DNA of 64,000 nt from positions 32,001 through 96,000 of the forward strand of contig JBCBZT010000002.1 of assembly GCA_039815185.1 (NCBI GenBank). Reading direction: 5' to 3'. Below the pieces are notes generated by a model. That model searched no databases. It was not told the origin of the DNA and worked only from the letters and a program-made list of their open reading frames with translations. How positions within the stretch are numbered: position 1 is the stretch's first letter; every line of letters starts with the position of its first letter. Source of the DNA: Cyanobacteria bacterium P01_A01_bin.123. Its GTDB lineage: Bacteria; Cyanobacteriota; Cyanobacteriia; Phormidesmidales; Phormidesmidaceae. The position numbers and the translations under genes were made by a program. This document shows, one piece after another, positions 38,801 to 48,682 of this stretch.

Positions 38801-39718
38801 ATGTTTTCCTACTTCGCTTATGGGTTAGGCATTCAATCAGCTTTGCCAATACCAGAGTTTGTCTCTATGGAGGTCAAATGCGATGTCACAATTCATCTGG
38901 AGAACAATAAGACTTTAGAGGATTATCTGCCGAAGAATATTTTGGGCCAATCAATGGCGCTTAAATTAAGCAGAGAAGAAGCCATTTTTTATTTCAACGG
39001 CATCGGTGCTTTTCATATCTTGAAGGGCTGCAAAATTATTTTTATTCCAGCACAGGAGGCCTGTGAGCGGAGGGTTCGGCTGGCGCTTGTCGGTACAGTT
39101 ATGGCAATTTTGCTCTATCAGCGGGGCTTGCTGGTGCTCCATGCGAGTGCGGTCGAAATCAATGGGGGTGCCGTTGCTTTCTTAGGCGTCCCCGGTCAGG
39201 GCAAGTCGTCAACGGCTGCTGCCTTTCATGCCCATGGGTATGATTTCCTAACTGATGATGTTGCTGCTGTGACGCTCAGTCAAACAATCGCCACCATTGC
39301 CCCAGGCTTTCCACAAATGAAACTGAGTCCAGAGACAGCTGCCGCTCTGGACTATGATTTTGAGTCCCTGTTGAAACTGTACTTGGACGATAAAAAGCGG
39401 GGCTACCGTCCCATTCGCAACTTTGCTCAATTGCCATTGCCGATTCTGCGAATTTATGTGTTGGCGGACGATCCAGAGTTTGACATTGAACCCTTAAGTC
39501 CAAAGGAATCAGTGATGGAGTTGGTGCGTCACTCTCGCCCAACAACGTTACGGATCTCTGGCGATACACCGCACTTTATGCAATGTACTTCGCTGGCTAA
39601 GGCGCATACGGTTTATCGTCTGAAGCGTCCCCGTAACTTGGCCTTGCTCTCCCAGTTAGTCAAGGTCGTTGAAGACCATATTGCTTGTGAGGCGGTTCAT
39701 CCAACTCACGTGTTATGA
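38801..39718 (+). CDS. HPr kinase-like lasso peptide kinase
   Basis: LHASAV, GVPGQGKSS Walker A, LTDD. Confidence 0.8.
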   Translation: MFSYFAYGLGIQSALPIPEFVSMEVKCDVTIHLENNKTLEDYLPKNILGQSMALKLSREEAIFYFNGIGAFHILKGCKIIFIPAQEACERRVRLALVGTVMAILLYQRGLLVLHASAVEINGGAVAFLGVPGQGKSSTAAAFHAHGYDFLTDDVAAVTLSQTIATIAPGFPQMKLSPETAAALDYDFESLLKLYLDDKKRGYRPIRNFAQLPLPILRIYVLADDPEFDIEPLSPKESVMELVRHSRPTTLRISGDTPHFMQCTSLAKAHTVYRLKRPRNLALLSQLVKVVEDHIACEAVHPTHVL

Positions 39719-41532
39719 CTATCGGCCGTCCATTGAGACTGACGTTCCAGCAAATATTACGCTTTTTACCCGCGTTGAAATTCGTCTGGCAAAGTGGCCC
39801 TGGATGGACTCTGGCCCGGATCATTCTGGTGGCGTTGCAAAGCACACTACCTTTAATCTCTCTCTATCTCACCAAACTGGTTGTAGATTCAGTCGTTGCT
39901 GGTCTAACCACTCCTGAGAAGACGACGGTGTTCCGACAAGCGGGCACCTTGCTGGGGTTTGCTGGGGCAGTCATGCTGCTGCTGACCCTCTGTGTGTCTT
40001 TGTCAGAACTCGTCAATACGGCCCAATCTCAACGGGTGACCGACCATATGCAGGGGATTCTCCAGGCTAAAGCCGTTGGAGCCGACTTCGAATCTTACGA
40101 AGATCCCCAGGACCACGACACGCTGCAACGGGCTCAACAAGAAGCAGCTTATCGCCCCAACCAAATTCTTAACCGTTGGGTTCAAGCAACTCAAGATGGT
40201 ATTTCGTTGCTAGCCATCACTGGCTTATTGATCGCTTTGTACTGGTGGTTTGCAGCGGTGCTATTTCTGGCTGCGCTCCCCGTACTGCTGATTCGCCTAA
40301 AATATGCGCGAGTGATGTATCGTTGGCAATGCAAACGAACCCCCGTGGAACGACGGGCAGCCTACTTTAGCTGGCTGCTAACGAGTGATTTATCAGCAAA
40401 GGAGATTCGGTTATTTGATCTAGGGGGTCTGTTCAGGCATCGGTTTCGCCGCTTACGGCAGCAAATCTATACCGAGAAACTCAGCCTGGCGACTCGGCGC
40501 TCGATTGCCAGCTTAGGGGCTCAATTCATGACGGGTGCCGCCATGTTTGGGGCTTATGCCTTCATGCTTTATCAGGCGATTCAGGGTTCGTTTACGCTGG
40601 GTGATTTGGCCCTCTATCATCAGGCTTTCCAACGGGGACGGAGTTCGCTCCAGGGTTTGGTAGCCAGTCTATCTGGTCTCTATGAAGACAACCTATTTTT
40701 GATTAACCTCTACGAATTTCTCAACCTCCAGCCCAGAATTGTTGATCCCGCCATCCCTCAACAACTTCCCCAACCGATGCAGGTAGGTATTGTCTTTAAT
40801 CAGGTTGGCTTTCAATACCCGGCCACTACCTGCACAGCCCTCAAAGACATCAGCTTAACGATTCGACCGGGGGAAGTCGTGGCATTTGTGGGTGAAAATG
40901 GCTGTGGCAAAACCACGCTGATCAAACTGCTGTGCCGACTCTATGATCCAACCACTGGCAGCATTGCGTTTGATGGGATTGACCTGCGTCTGTTTGAAAT
41001 TGAGGCGCTACGACGCTCAATCAGTGTGATTTTTCAAGACTATATGAAATATCCGTTCACGGCCCAAGAGAACGTCTGGTTTGGCAATGCAGAGCTTTCA
41101 CCGACAGATGACAAAATTTCCAAAGCTGCGTTCCACTCTGGTGCTGATGACCTGATCAAAAGCCTGCCCCAAGGTTATAACACCGTCCTCGGTAAACGCT
41201 TTGACCAAGGGGAAGAACTCAGTATCGGCCAGTGGCAAAAAATTGCGTTGGCCCGTGTTTTCTTACGCGACTCTCAGGTGATTGTGCTAGACGAACCGAC
41301 TAGTGCGATGGATCCCAAGGCAGAGTACGAAGTCTTCAAGAGATTGCGCCAGTTGATTAAAGGGCAAACCGTGATTTTGATCAGCCAACGTCTCTCGACG
41401 GTCAAAATGGCCGATCGCATCTATGTGATGGCTAAGGGTTCCATCGTTGAGACAGGTAGCCATGAAGAACTGATGCAACATGGGGGGACTTACGCTCATT
41501 TATTTGAAACTCAGGCCAAAAGTTATCGATAG
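39715..41532 (+). CDS. ABC exporter (permease plus ATPase) of the lasso cluster
   Basis: AKEIRLF, GENGCGKTT, LSIGQWQK, LDEPTS; H-loop reads SQR rather than SHR. Confidence 0.9.
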   Translation: MTIGRPLRLTFQQILRFLPALKFVWQSGPGWTLARIILVALQSTLPLISLYLTKLVVDSVVAGLTTPEKTTVFRQAGTLLGFAGAVMLLLTLCVSLSELVNTAQSQRVTDHMQGILQAKAVGADFESYEDPQDHDTLQRAQQEAAYRPNQILNRWVQATQDGISLLAITGLLIALYWWFAAVLFLAALPVLLIRLKYARVMYRWQCKRTPVERRAAYFSWLLTSDLSAKEIRLFDLGGLFRHRFRRLRQQIYTEKLSLATRRSIASLGAQFMTGAAMFGAYAFMLYQAIQGSFTLGDLALYHQAFQRGRSSLQGLVASLSGLYEDNLFLINLYEFLNLQPRIVDPAIPQQLPQPMQVGIVFNQVGFQYPATTCTALKDISLTIRPGEVVAFVGENGCGKTTLIKLLCRLYDPTTGSIAFDGIDLRLFEIEALRRSISVIFQDYMKYPFTAQENVWFGNAELSPTDDKISKAAFHSGADDLIKSLPQGYNTVLGKRFDQGEELSIGQWQKIALARVFLRDSQVIVLDEPTSAMDPKAEYEVFKRLRQLIKGQTVILISQRLSTVKMADRIYVMAKGSIVETGSHEELMQHGGTYAHLFETQAKSYR

Positions 41533-41562
41533 AAAAATCCATCGTTGGGACAAAGATCAGAA

Positions 41563-41632
41563 ATAAATAACCCCGACGAATTCGCCGGGGCGGTTTGGTT
41601 ATAGTTGGTTAGCATAGATTGCCTGGGGCACT
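41563..41632 (-). ncRNA. Putative sRNA, copy 2 (paralog of 37218-37286)
   Basis: -10-like TAAATT, hairpin TGCCCCAGGCA, CTATG..TATAACCAA, terminator CCCCGGCGAATTCGTCGGGG-TTATTT. Confidence 0.55.
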
Positions 41633-41766
41633 GAAATCAATTTAAGCGATTTCACAGGAGAATGCGGTAAATGGTTGATAAAGCCTTGCGAAGAAATTGT
41701 AAAAGCTTCTGTTGATAAGGACTCTACGTAAGTGGGATTGCAGATATCGGTCACATGCATCAACAG

Positions 41767-41797
41767 GAAAGAAAGCGCCAGCCCTGGGAACTGGCGC
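41767..41797 (-). terminator. Terminator after the secreted repeat protein
   Basis: GCGCCAG / CTGGCGC stem followed by TTTCTTTC on the minus strand. Confidence 0.6.
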
Positions 41798-41844
41798 AGT
41801 TGCGTAGATTAACAGGGAACTGATGCACCAAGAATCTCATGGTC

Positions 41845-42266
41845 TTAGTCCGCTAGGGTTTCGTTACGGAGTTGGTCGAGGTTGGATTGGTCTTTGTCTA
41901 AGTTCTCGCGGCGTAGCTGGTCGAACTTGCTGGACTTCTCCAGGTTCTCTTCACGGATGTCGTCGAGGTTGGACTGATCCTTGTCGAGGTTCTCACGACG
42001 GAGTTGGTCGAACTTACTGGACTTCTCCAAGTTGTCGGCCCGCAGCTCATCCAAGTTGGACTGATCTTTGTCGAGGTTTTCGCGACGCAGTGGTCGAACT
42101 TGCTGGACTTTTCTAGGTTGTCTTCGCGCAGTTGATCAAAGCTGTTTTGGTCTTTGTCGAGGTTCTCATGGCGCAGTTGGTCAAAGTTAGGAGAAGCGTA
42201 GGCGATGGGTGCAAGGGTTGCAGAGGCGATCGCGAGGGTTAAAAGGGAGAGGGCAATGCGTTTCAT
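41845..42266 (-). CDS. Secreted tandem-repeat protein (FDQLRRENLDK-type repeats), with a one-base frameshift near 42090
   Basis: RBS AAGGAG; signal MKRIALSLLTLAIASATLAPIAYA; eight 14/15-aa repeats spread over two ORFs. Confidence 0.8.
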
Positions 42267-42680
42267 AATCAGCTCCTTAGAAATCAGGTGAGATGTGGAC
42301 TTCGTTCATCTTGATTTCTATAGTGCGATGCTCTCCTGAACCCCTCCTGACCGTGTGGTGAGGGTTGATTAAGGGCTCTCTGAGTGGGTTGAAGGGGAGT
42401 TCTCAGGAAAGATTCAGGGAGGGAACACGAGAGCGATCGCAGCCCGGTCAGATGTATGGTGCTGGCCAGATTGCTTCATGTACCGAGTACCGCTGGGATG
42501 CTTAGCATACAAGCAATTTGGCTCGCAGTAGCGTACAAAGCTTTGTGCCTACTGCTATATAAAACCCTCGCGCTATCGAAATCATTCACACCATTTAGCC
42601 AGCAAGGAACCTGGCTAAAGTCTCACCCAGAACAAAGGAGTCACTTCTGTTGATTCAACAGGAGAGCCGTCATTTGACAC

Positions 42681-43103
42681 CTAAGGAGGATGACGATCGA
42701 TCACGTAGAGTGCTCGCCGCAAATTGACCACTCCACTACGGTTAAGCTGTAGCTTCTCAACCGTGGCTCTCCCGATAGCCGTCAACCCTAAAACGATTGA
42801 GCAGTCATTATTCCATGCAAAATGTTTAGCCCAAGCTTGCTGGCGAGGATGATATAGAGAAACAGGTTTCCCCTGCACTGGATCATAGGCTGCTGTGTGG
42901 TTATATTTATGTCCATTACAGCCCTGACACGATAGCGCTAAGTTTTCCATATCATCGGTTCCGCCCTTTGAGACGGGGATGATATGTTCAATCGAAAAGG
43001 GATCCGGAGAAAAACGGGCCTGACTTTTGCAGTATTCACAACACCCCTTCGCTCGTTGGGCAACATATGCTCGTTGAGCAGCAGATACCCGAGGTTTAGC
43101 CAT
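42681..43103 (-). CDS. HNH endonuclease
   Basis: CEYC, IEHIIPVSKGG, NLALSCQGCNGHK. Confidence 0.88.
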   Translation of the reverse strand: MAKPRVSAAQRAYVAQRAKGCCEYCKSQARFSPDPFSIEHIIPVSKGGTDDMENLALSCQGCNGHKYNHTAAYDPVQGKPVSLYHPRQQAWAKHFAWNNDCSIVLGLTAIGRATVEKLQLNRSGVVNLRRALYVIDRHPP

Positions 43104-43491
43104 AAGCAGGTGATTCAATCCCTAGGTCTACCATCACGGTTTCAAGGCTGATGCCTCGTTGCTCCGCTAGGGTTATTAATGCTTGGATACGTTGGGTATT
43201 GGCTTGTTCAATTTCTTCAGAAATCGCAATCAATTCGGCTTGTTCCGTTGAGGATAGTTGTTCAGCTTGGCGCTTAGCAATCAAAGTATGGTAGTGCTCC
43301 CAGGTATTTTGCGAGAGTCCGATGTTAATTTGTGCGAGGAGTTCAGCTTCCGTGGGAGTAGATGAGGGTGGATTGAGACGCTGCTGCAATAAATTGAGAA
43401 TATAGCTGGCTGGGTCAATACCTTGCTGAGTAGCAATTTCCCTCAGGCGTTGTTCTAGGTCTGGGGAAATGGTTAAAGTTAGAGTTGCCAT
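43096..43491 (-). CDS. Hypothetical protein with RHH-like N-terminus, translationally coupled to the HNH gene
   Basis: LTLTISPDLEQRLREIA; 8-bp overlap with the HNH gene. Confidence 0.7.
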   Translation of the reverse strand: MATLTLTISPDLEQRLREIATQQGIDPASYILNLLQQRLNPPSSTPTEAELLAQINIGLSQNTWEHYHTLIAKRQAEQLSSTEQAELIAISEEIEQANTQRIQALITLAEQRGISLETVMVDLGIESPAYG

Positions 43492-43571
43492 AATTATGAT
43501 GCGTAGGTCGGTGCAGTTCGAAACTTGGGATTTCCGCTAACAAGGAAGCGATCGCTTCATGTCCAACCATC

Positions 43572-43673
43572 TCAAAGAATAGAACGAATCTCTTCCTGAG
43601 GAATCAATCCAGTTTTGGCATTTGCCCCGTCAACTCGGTTGGTAACCGTCAGTGTTGTCAGAACTTTGCCCAT
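43572..43673 (-). pseudogene. N-terminal remnant of a clan AA aspartyl protease-like gene
   Basis: MGKVLTTLTVTNRVDGANAKTGLIPQEEIRSIL* stops just before the expected LVDTG motif. Confidence 0.5.
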
Positions 43674-43850
43674 GCCGGAAGTAATTCCATGCGGTAAGCC
43701 TCCGAGCCAGTGTATTTCAATTATGACAGAGATCTACTGGGGCCTTGTTAGCTAAAGAATGGGGGAATTGTGCAGGCATCGCGCTTGAGAAAGTGGAGCA
43801 TGCGATCGCCCGTAAGTTTAAAAACTCAGACTAATCAACATCAAATCCTC

Positions 43851-45290
43851 TCAGGGTTCACCAGCGGCAAAAGCATCGATCGCGCTGAATAAATCAAGCA
43901 CTTGAACCCGCTCAGTATACGGATTCAACAAAACCGATCGCAGCCAGCGATGTCCCCGATACAGCGGTAAAGAGAGAAAGATATGGTGAGTCTCCAGCAA
44001 ATGCGCCTGTAGCTCAGCGTTCCAGTCATCCCAGCGATCCGGTGCAACCTCAGCCGGAACACCCCGGAAACAAACAATGTTCATCTCAGGGGTACTGGCT
44101 AATTCTAAAAAGGGACGTTTAATAATTTCCTCCATAAACAACTGAGTCAGCCCATAACTTTCATCAACGAGCTGAGCATAGCTGCGTTGACCTAAATGCT
44201 GTACTGACAGCCACAGCTTCAGCACATCCGCATGGCGAGTCCCCTGCACGCTAATTTCGCCTAGATTGATCTGGTCATCCAAACTGGCCATGTAGGGAGC
44301 TTGAATTTGGAAGCTGGCTTTTAGATCGCTAAAACGCTGGAACAACACCATGACAGAGGTTTTTGCCACATACAGCCACTTTTGGGGATTGAACGTGACT
44401 GAGTCTGCCTTCTCAATACCGGAGAGCAATTGGCGATATTGCGGTGAAAACATCAGCGCCCCACCATAGGCAGCATCAACATGTAGCCAGAGTTGATGGG
44501 CCTGGGTGACCTGATAAATGTCGTCGATTGGATCGATGTTGCCCGTCGTCGTTGTCCCTGCGGTGGCCACCACACAGAAGGGGGCTTGGTTAGCCGCTTT
44601 AGCTTGTTCAATTTTCTCTTGCAGCGCCTTGACTGACATCTGAGAGTTTTGATGGGTTGGTACCGCAATCACCGCAGCGGTGCCCAACCCCAGCAACATT
44701 GCCGCCTTATGCAATGACGTATGGGCCACCTCAGAGGCGAAAATAACAGGTTGCTGATCTAGACCTACGATGCCGCGTTCAAGGGCTTGAAATTTGAGGT
44801 TTCGCGCCACGGCTAAGGCTTGTAGGTTCGCCAATGTGCCGCCGCTTAATAGTACGCCCCCTGCCGACTCACCCAAACCAAATAATGTGGCAAACTGTTG
44901 AAGCAGCAACGGTTCCAACCGCGAAAAGAGGGGCGACATCTCAACGCTGAGCATATTGTTATTAACTGCCGATGCGATTAAATCGCCCAGCATCGACATC
45001 ACGGTTGGCATCGAGTCCATGTGGCCCATGTATCCGGGATGTGCGGCATTCATGGACGTTGCCAGGATTTGATCAAGCTGTTCAAGTAACTGCGGTTCAT
45101 CAGCAGGTGCGTCAGGAATGTTGGCGAGATCGGTAACTTCGATCGGGGTGGGCAGAGGAGCGCGATCGCGGGCCTGACTCAATCGAGCCAGCAACCGTGT
45201 CAATACCTGCTGGGCCAGTGCTTCAACTTCCTGATGATTTCCGCCAGTCGGATCAATAAAGGCTGTTAGCGGCAACTCTGAGCGATCCAT
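43851..45290 (-). CDS. Group II PLP-dependent amino-acid decarboxylase
   Basis: [30 protein letters not shown] (PLP-binding Lys). Confidence 0.9.
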   Translation of the reverse strand: MDRSELPLTAFIDPTGGNHQEVEALAQQVLTRLLARLSQARDRAPLPTPIEVTDLANIPDAPADEPQLLEQLDQILATSMNAAHPGYMGHMDSMPTVMSMLGDLIASAVNNNMLSVEMSPLFSRLEPLLLQQFATLFGLGESAGGVLLSGGTLANLQALAVARNLKFQALERGIVGLDQQPVIFASEVAHTSLHKAAMLLGLGTAAVIAVPTHQNSQMSVKALQEKIEQAKAANQAPFCVVATAGTTTTGNIDPIDDIYQVTQAHQLWLHVDAAYGGALMFSPQYRQLLSGIEKADSVTFNPQKWLYVAKTSVMVLFQRFSDLKASFQIQAPYMASLDDQINLGEISVQGTRHADVLKLWLSVQHLGQRSYAQLVDESYGLTQLFMEEIIKRPFLELASTPEMNIVCFRGVPAEVAPDRWDDWNAELQAHLLETHHIFLSLPLYRGHRWLRSVLLNPYTERVQVLDLFSAIDAFAAGEP

Positions 45291-45431
45291 GCTTTTATTA
45301 GCTCCTCAACGCAAGTCGCTAGATTTTAACCGCTGACAGATGATGGATTTACTTGTTTGCCGTTCGCAGCCAGCAATGGGTGATTCAAACCAATGGCAGT
45401 GATATTGCCTCAAGGTTCTGTCTCCGATGCC

Positions 45432-45800
45432 TCACGGTTCTGTCTCCGAGATGTCGTTTTCAGGATGAAAAGTATGACTGCCCTGTTGTTCACACTGCCA
45501 ACAGCGCTCTAGCCGCCAAACATTGTCTTCTTCAAGCCCATGGCGCTCGCAAAAATCTGAATAGCGAACCACAAAATCTTGATAGCTGACTTTCCAACAA
45601 TACTCTAGAGATGCGTTGTTGAGACAGCGATTTAGATGTCTGATTTTGTAGTTTTGCCAGTTTAGAGCGTGATCGAATTGTTCCATTTTATAGCGCTGCC
45701 AATATTGGACAGGATTGAAAATAGGGGGATTAGAACTATCCCAGAGGGGCTGGTTGAGATATTGCCAAAGTGGGAAATACATGGGGATATTCGCTTGCAC
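45432..45800 (-). CDS. Hypothetical protein (Trp/Tyr-rich)
   Basis: 122 aa ORF, FPLWQYLNQPLW; co-oriented with neighbours. Confidence 0.55.
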   Translation of the reverse strand: MQANIPMYFPLWQYLNQPLWDSSNPPIFNPVQYWQRYKMEQFDHALNWQNYKIRHLNRCLNNASLEYCWKVSYQDFVVRYSDFCERHGLEEDNVWRLERCWQCEQQGSHTFHPENDISETEP

Positions 45801-45869
45801 TCGCTCAAAACTATGTATGACTCATCCTTCAATCGAACATGCGTTTAATTCAGGTGAAAACTACTGAAT

Positions 45870-48602
45870 TTAAGTTTTCTGAGGCTGCCGTTGAAGCCCT
45901 TTATCTAACTCAATTAAACTGTAGATTACGGCCATTCCGACTAGGATTTTCCCCCAAGACGCAAGTGCAATAGGTTCGGTCTCAAAGATGGCGTTCATGA
46001 AGGGCGCATAGGTTAGCAAGAGCTGCAAAACAAATGCTAATGTGATGCCGCCCCAAATCCAGAGATTGCTAAAGAGGCCCAGCTTAAACATTGAGTATTT
46101 GAGAGAACGGTATCCCAATAGAAGGGCTATTTCACCGCCGACTAGTGCGTTCGTGGCGGCCGTTTGGGCAAAGCGGATGGAATAGCCCTGCTGGAGGGAG
46201 GAATTGTAGGCAGTAAAGGACAGCACTGCAAGTAAGACGCCTGCAATGAATATACGGCGGATTCTGGGGCGTTTGAATAAGGGTGCACGGGGGGGACGGG
46301 GCGATCGCTGCATAATACCCGGCTCTTTGGGTTCAAGGATCAGCGTTGAGCCCAGCAGCACAGCCGTGACGGTATTGATCCAGAGAATTTGCAGGGGCGT
46401 AATCGGGGGGACTACCCCTAGAAGTGTGGCCACTAAAATGATCAAGCCTTCGCCAAAGTTGGTCGGGAGGGTCCAAATAATAGCTTTAATAATGTTGTCA
46501 AAGACGCTACGGCCTTCTTCAACAGCGGCTTTGATAGTTGAGAAATTGTCATCGGTAAGCACCATATCGGCGGCTTCTTTGGCCACTTCGGTGCCGGTCA
46601 TGCCCATGGCAATGCCGATGTCTGCTTGCTGCAGTGCTGGGGCATCGTTGCTGCCGTCCCCAGTCATGGCAGCGATGTGGCCACGATTCTGTAAGGCTTC
46701 CACGAGGCGCAGTTTTTGTTGGGGGGTGACTCGGGCAAAGACAGACACCCGATCGACAGTGGTTACCAGTTCCTCGTTCGACAGCGCTTCAATGTCTCGA
46801 CTGCTGAGCGCCAGTGGTTGAGACAGGTTAGTGGGTTGGGAGATAATGCCAATTTGCTTACCGATGGCGATCGCGGTGCCAATGTGATCCCCCGTGATCA
46901 TTTTGATATCGATGCCCGCTGCTTGGCAAACTCGCACAGACTCCATGGATTCGGGGCGGGGCGGATCCATCATGCCCTGCAGCCCGAGAAACGTCAGCCC
47001 CTTGGCAACTGTGTCATGGTCAATCACGGTCGTGCCAGCAGTGAGGCTTAACCGAGCAAACGCTAATACCCTTAGGCCTTTTGTGGCCATATTATTGGCT
47101 TCTTGCTCAATCATGGGGGCGTCAAGCAGCGTCTCTTCCGCTTGGTCTGTGTAGGTTCGTTTGCATCGGGGCAGCAGTTGCTCAACAGACCCTTTGACAT
47201 ACACAACGGTTGAATTTGAAGGGCTACTCTCGTGCAAGGTAGCCATGTATTGATACTGCGATTCAAACGGAATCGCGCTGAGACGCGGCATCAGTTTTTC
47301 TAGGATGTAAGCATCTAGGTTCGCTTTAGCTGCACTGGTTAACAATGCCACTTCTGTCGGATCCCCCTCTGCCTGCCACAGGCTGTCTTGCTGCACCAAA
47401 CGAGAGTCGTTGCAAAGTACGCCTGCTTGTAAACAGTCCATCAGCGCAGTGTGGTTTGTGGGATGGATGGGTTGATGAGACTGATAAAAGTCTCCTTCAG
47501 GGGCATAGCCCCCGCCTGAGACTTGGAATCGTTCACCACCTGCGAAGACTTCTTGAACAGTCATCTCATTTTGGGTCAGAGTGCCCGTTTTGTCAGAACA
47601 AATGACGGTGACGCTGCCCAGGGTTTCAACAGCAGGCAATTTGCGGATAATCGCGTGTTGGCGAGCCATGCGCGAGACGCCAATGGCCAATGCAATGGTG
47701 ACAATCGCAGGCAGTCCTTCGGGAATCATGCCCACCATCAAGGAGATGGTGGCTTCAAAGAGATGGGTAACCTCTGAACCGTGTAACAGTCCGATGCCCA
47801 AGTTGATCACTGCCAGCACCAGAATCACTTTGAGCAGCATCTGGCTGAGTTGATTGATTTGGCGGGTTAGCGTGGTGGGTTGTTCTTCAATCGCACCAAT
47901 GAGTCTACCGATCTTGCCAATCTCAGTCAGGTCTCCCGTCGCCACCACGACCCCTGCACCGGTTCCAAAGGTGACAAAGGTAGACGAATAGGCCATGTTA
48001 GCGCGATCGCCCAACACGGTTTCCTCATCAAGATTGTCCGTTGCCCTTTTTTCAGCCGGTAATGATTCTCCGGTTAGTGCCGATTCATTAATTTGCAGAG
48101 CATGGCTGGTCAATAGACGCAAATCGGCAGGGACTTTATCCCCGGATTGTAAGAGAACTAGATCTCCGGGGACTAACTGAGTGGCTGAAATTTGCAGTTT
48201 CTCACCGTCTCGAATTACGGTAGCCTGACTTTCCATGGCGCGACTTAACGCCTCCATGGCCCTTGTGGCTTTTGCTTCTTGAGCAAAGCCAATCAAGGCG
48301 TTTAAGCTGACAACAATTAAGATCACAACGGTGTCCACCCATTCTTGCAGCAAATAGGTGATAAATGCTGCCGCGATCAAAATATAAATCAGTGGACTTT
48401 GAAACTGTTCAAGCAGAATTTTAAGCAAACTTTTCTGCTGAATTTTAGTCAGAATATTCTCACCATATTGCGCTAGCCGCTGTTCTACAAAAAGGTGTGA
48501 TAATCCCTGATTTTTATCTGTTTCTAATAGTGAAAGCAGATGATCGGATTGTAGATAATGCCAGGGTTGGGTGGCAGTTTTGGGTACAGAAGATAGAGAC
48601 AT
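45870..48602 (-). CDS. P-type (IIA-like) cation-transporting ATPase
   Basis: TGES, PEGL, DKTGTLT, MITGD, TGDGSND. Confidence 0.93.
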   Translation of the reverse strand: MSLSSVPKTATQPWHYLQSDHLLSLLETDKNQGLSHLFVEQRLAQYGENILTKIQQKSLLKILLEQFQSPLIYILIAAAFITYLLQEWVDTVVILIVVSLNALIGFAQEAKATRAMEALSRAMESQATVIRDGEKLQISATQLVPGDLVLLQSGDKVPADLRLLTSHALQINESALTGESLPAEKRATDNLDEETVLGDRANMAYSSTFVTFGTGAGVVVATGDLTEIGKIGRLIGAIEEQPTTLTRQINQLSQMLLKVILVLAVINLGIGLLHGSEVTHLFEATISLMVGMIPEGLPAIVTIALAIGVSRMARQHAIIRKLPAVETLGSVTVICSDKTGTLTQNEMTVQEVFAGGERFQVSGGGYAPEGDFYQSHQPIHPTNHTALMDCLQAGVLCNDSRLVQQDSLWQAEGDPTEVALLTSAAKANLDAYILEKLMPRLSAIPFESQYQYMATLHESSPSNSTVVYVKGSVEQLLPRCKRTYTDQAEETLLDAPMIEQEANNMATKGLRVLAFARLSLTAGTTVIDHDTVAKGLTFLGLQGMMDPPRPESMESVRVCQAAGIDIKMITGDHIGTAIAIGKQIGIISQPTNLSQPLALSSRDIEALSNEELVTTVDRVSVFARVTPQQKLRLVEALQNRGHIAAMTGDGSNDAPALQQADIGIAMGMTGTEVAKEAADMVLTDDNFSTIKAAVEEGRSVFDNIIKAIIWTLPTNFGEGLIILVATLLGVVPPITPLQILWINTVTAVLLGSTLILEPKEPGIMQRSPRPPRAPLFKRPRIRRIFIAGVLLAVLSFTAYNSSLQQGYSIRFAQTAATNALVGGEIALLLGYRSLKYSMFKLGLFSNLWIWGGITLAFVLQLLLTYAPFMNAIFETEPIALASWGKILVGMAVIYSLIELDKGLQRQPQKT

Positions 48603-48682
48603 TGAAAGTAAGCTCCTATCCGCTATTGGGGATGGTTACTTAAATGGCATACAAAAGATCTCAAGTTAGAGCACAGTTGCAA

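Noticed and set aside
41850..42190. Regularly spaced DNA repeats resembling a CRISPR array
   Set aside because: The units are tandem, vary mainly at synonymous positions, have no unique spacers and encode a protein repeat; no cas genes are in the window.
43851..45290. Decarboxylase as a pantothenate-pathway partner of panB
   Set aside because: It lies 11 kb away and its substrate cannot be determined from the motifs.
45414..45449. 14-bp direct repeat GGTTCTGTCTCCGA at a gene end
   Set aside because: Only two copies and no associated mobile element; probably a local slippage duplication.
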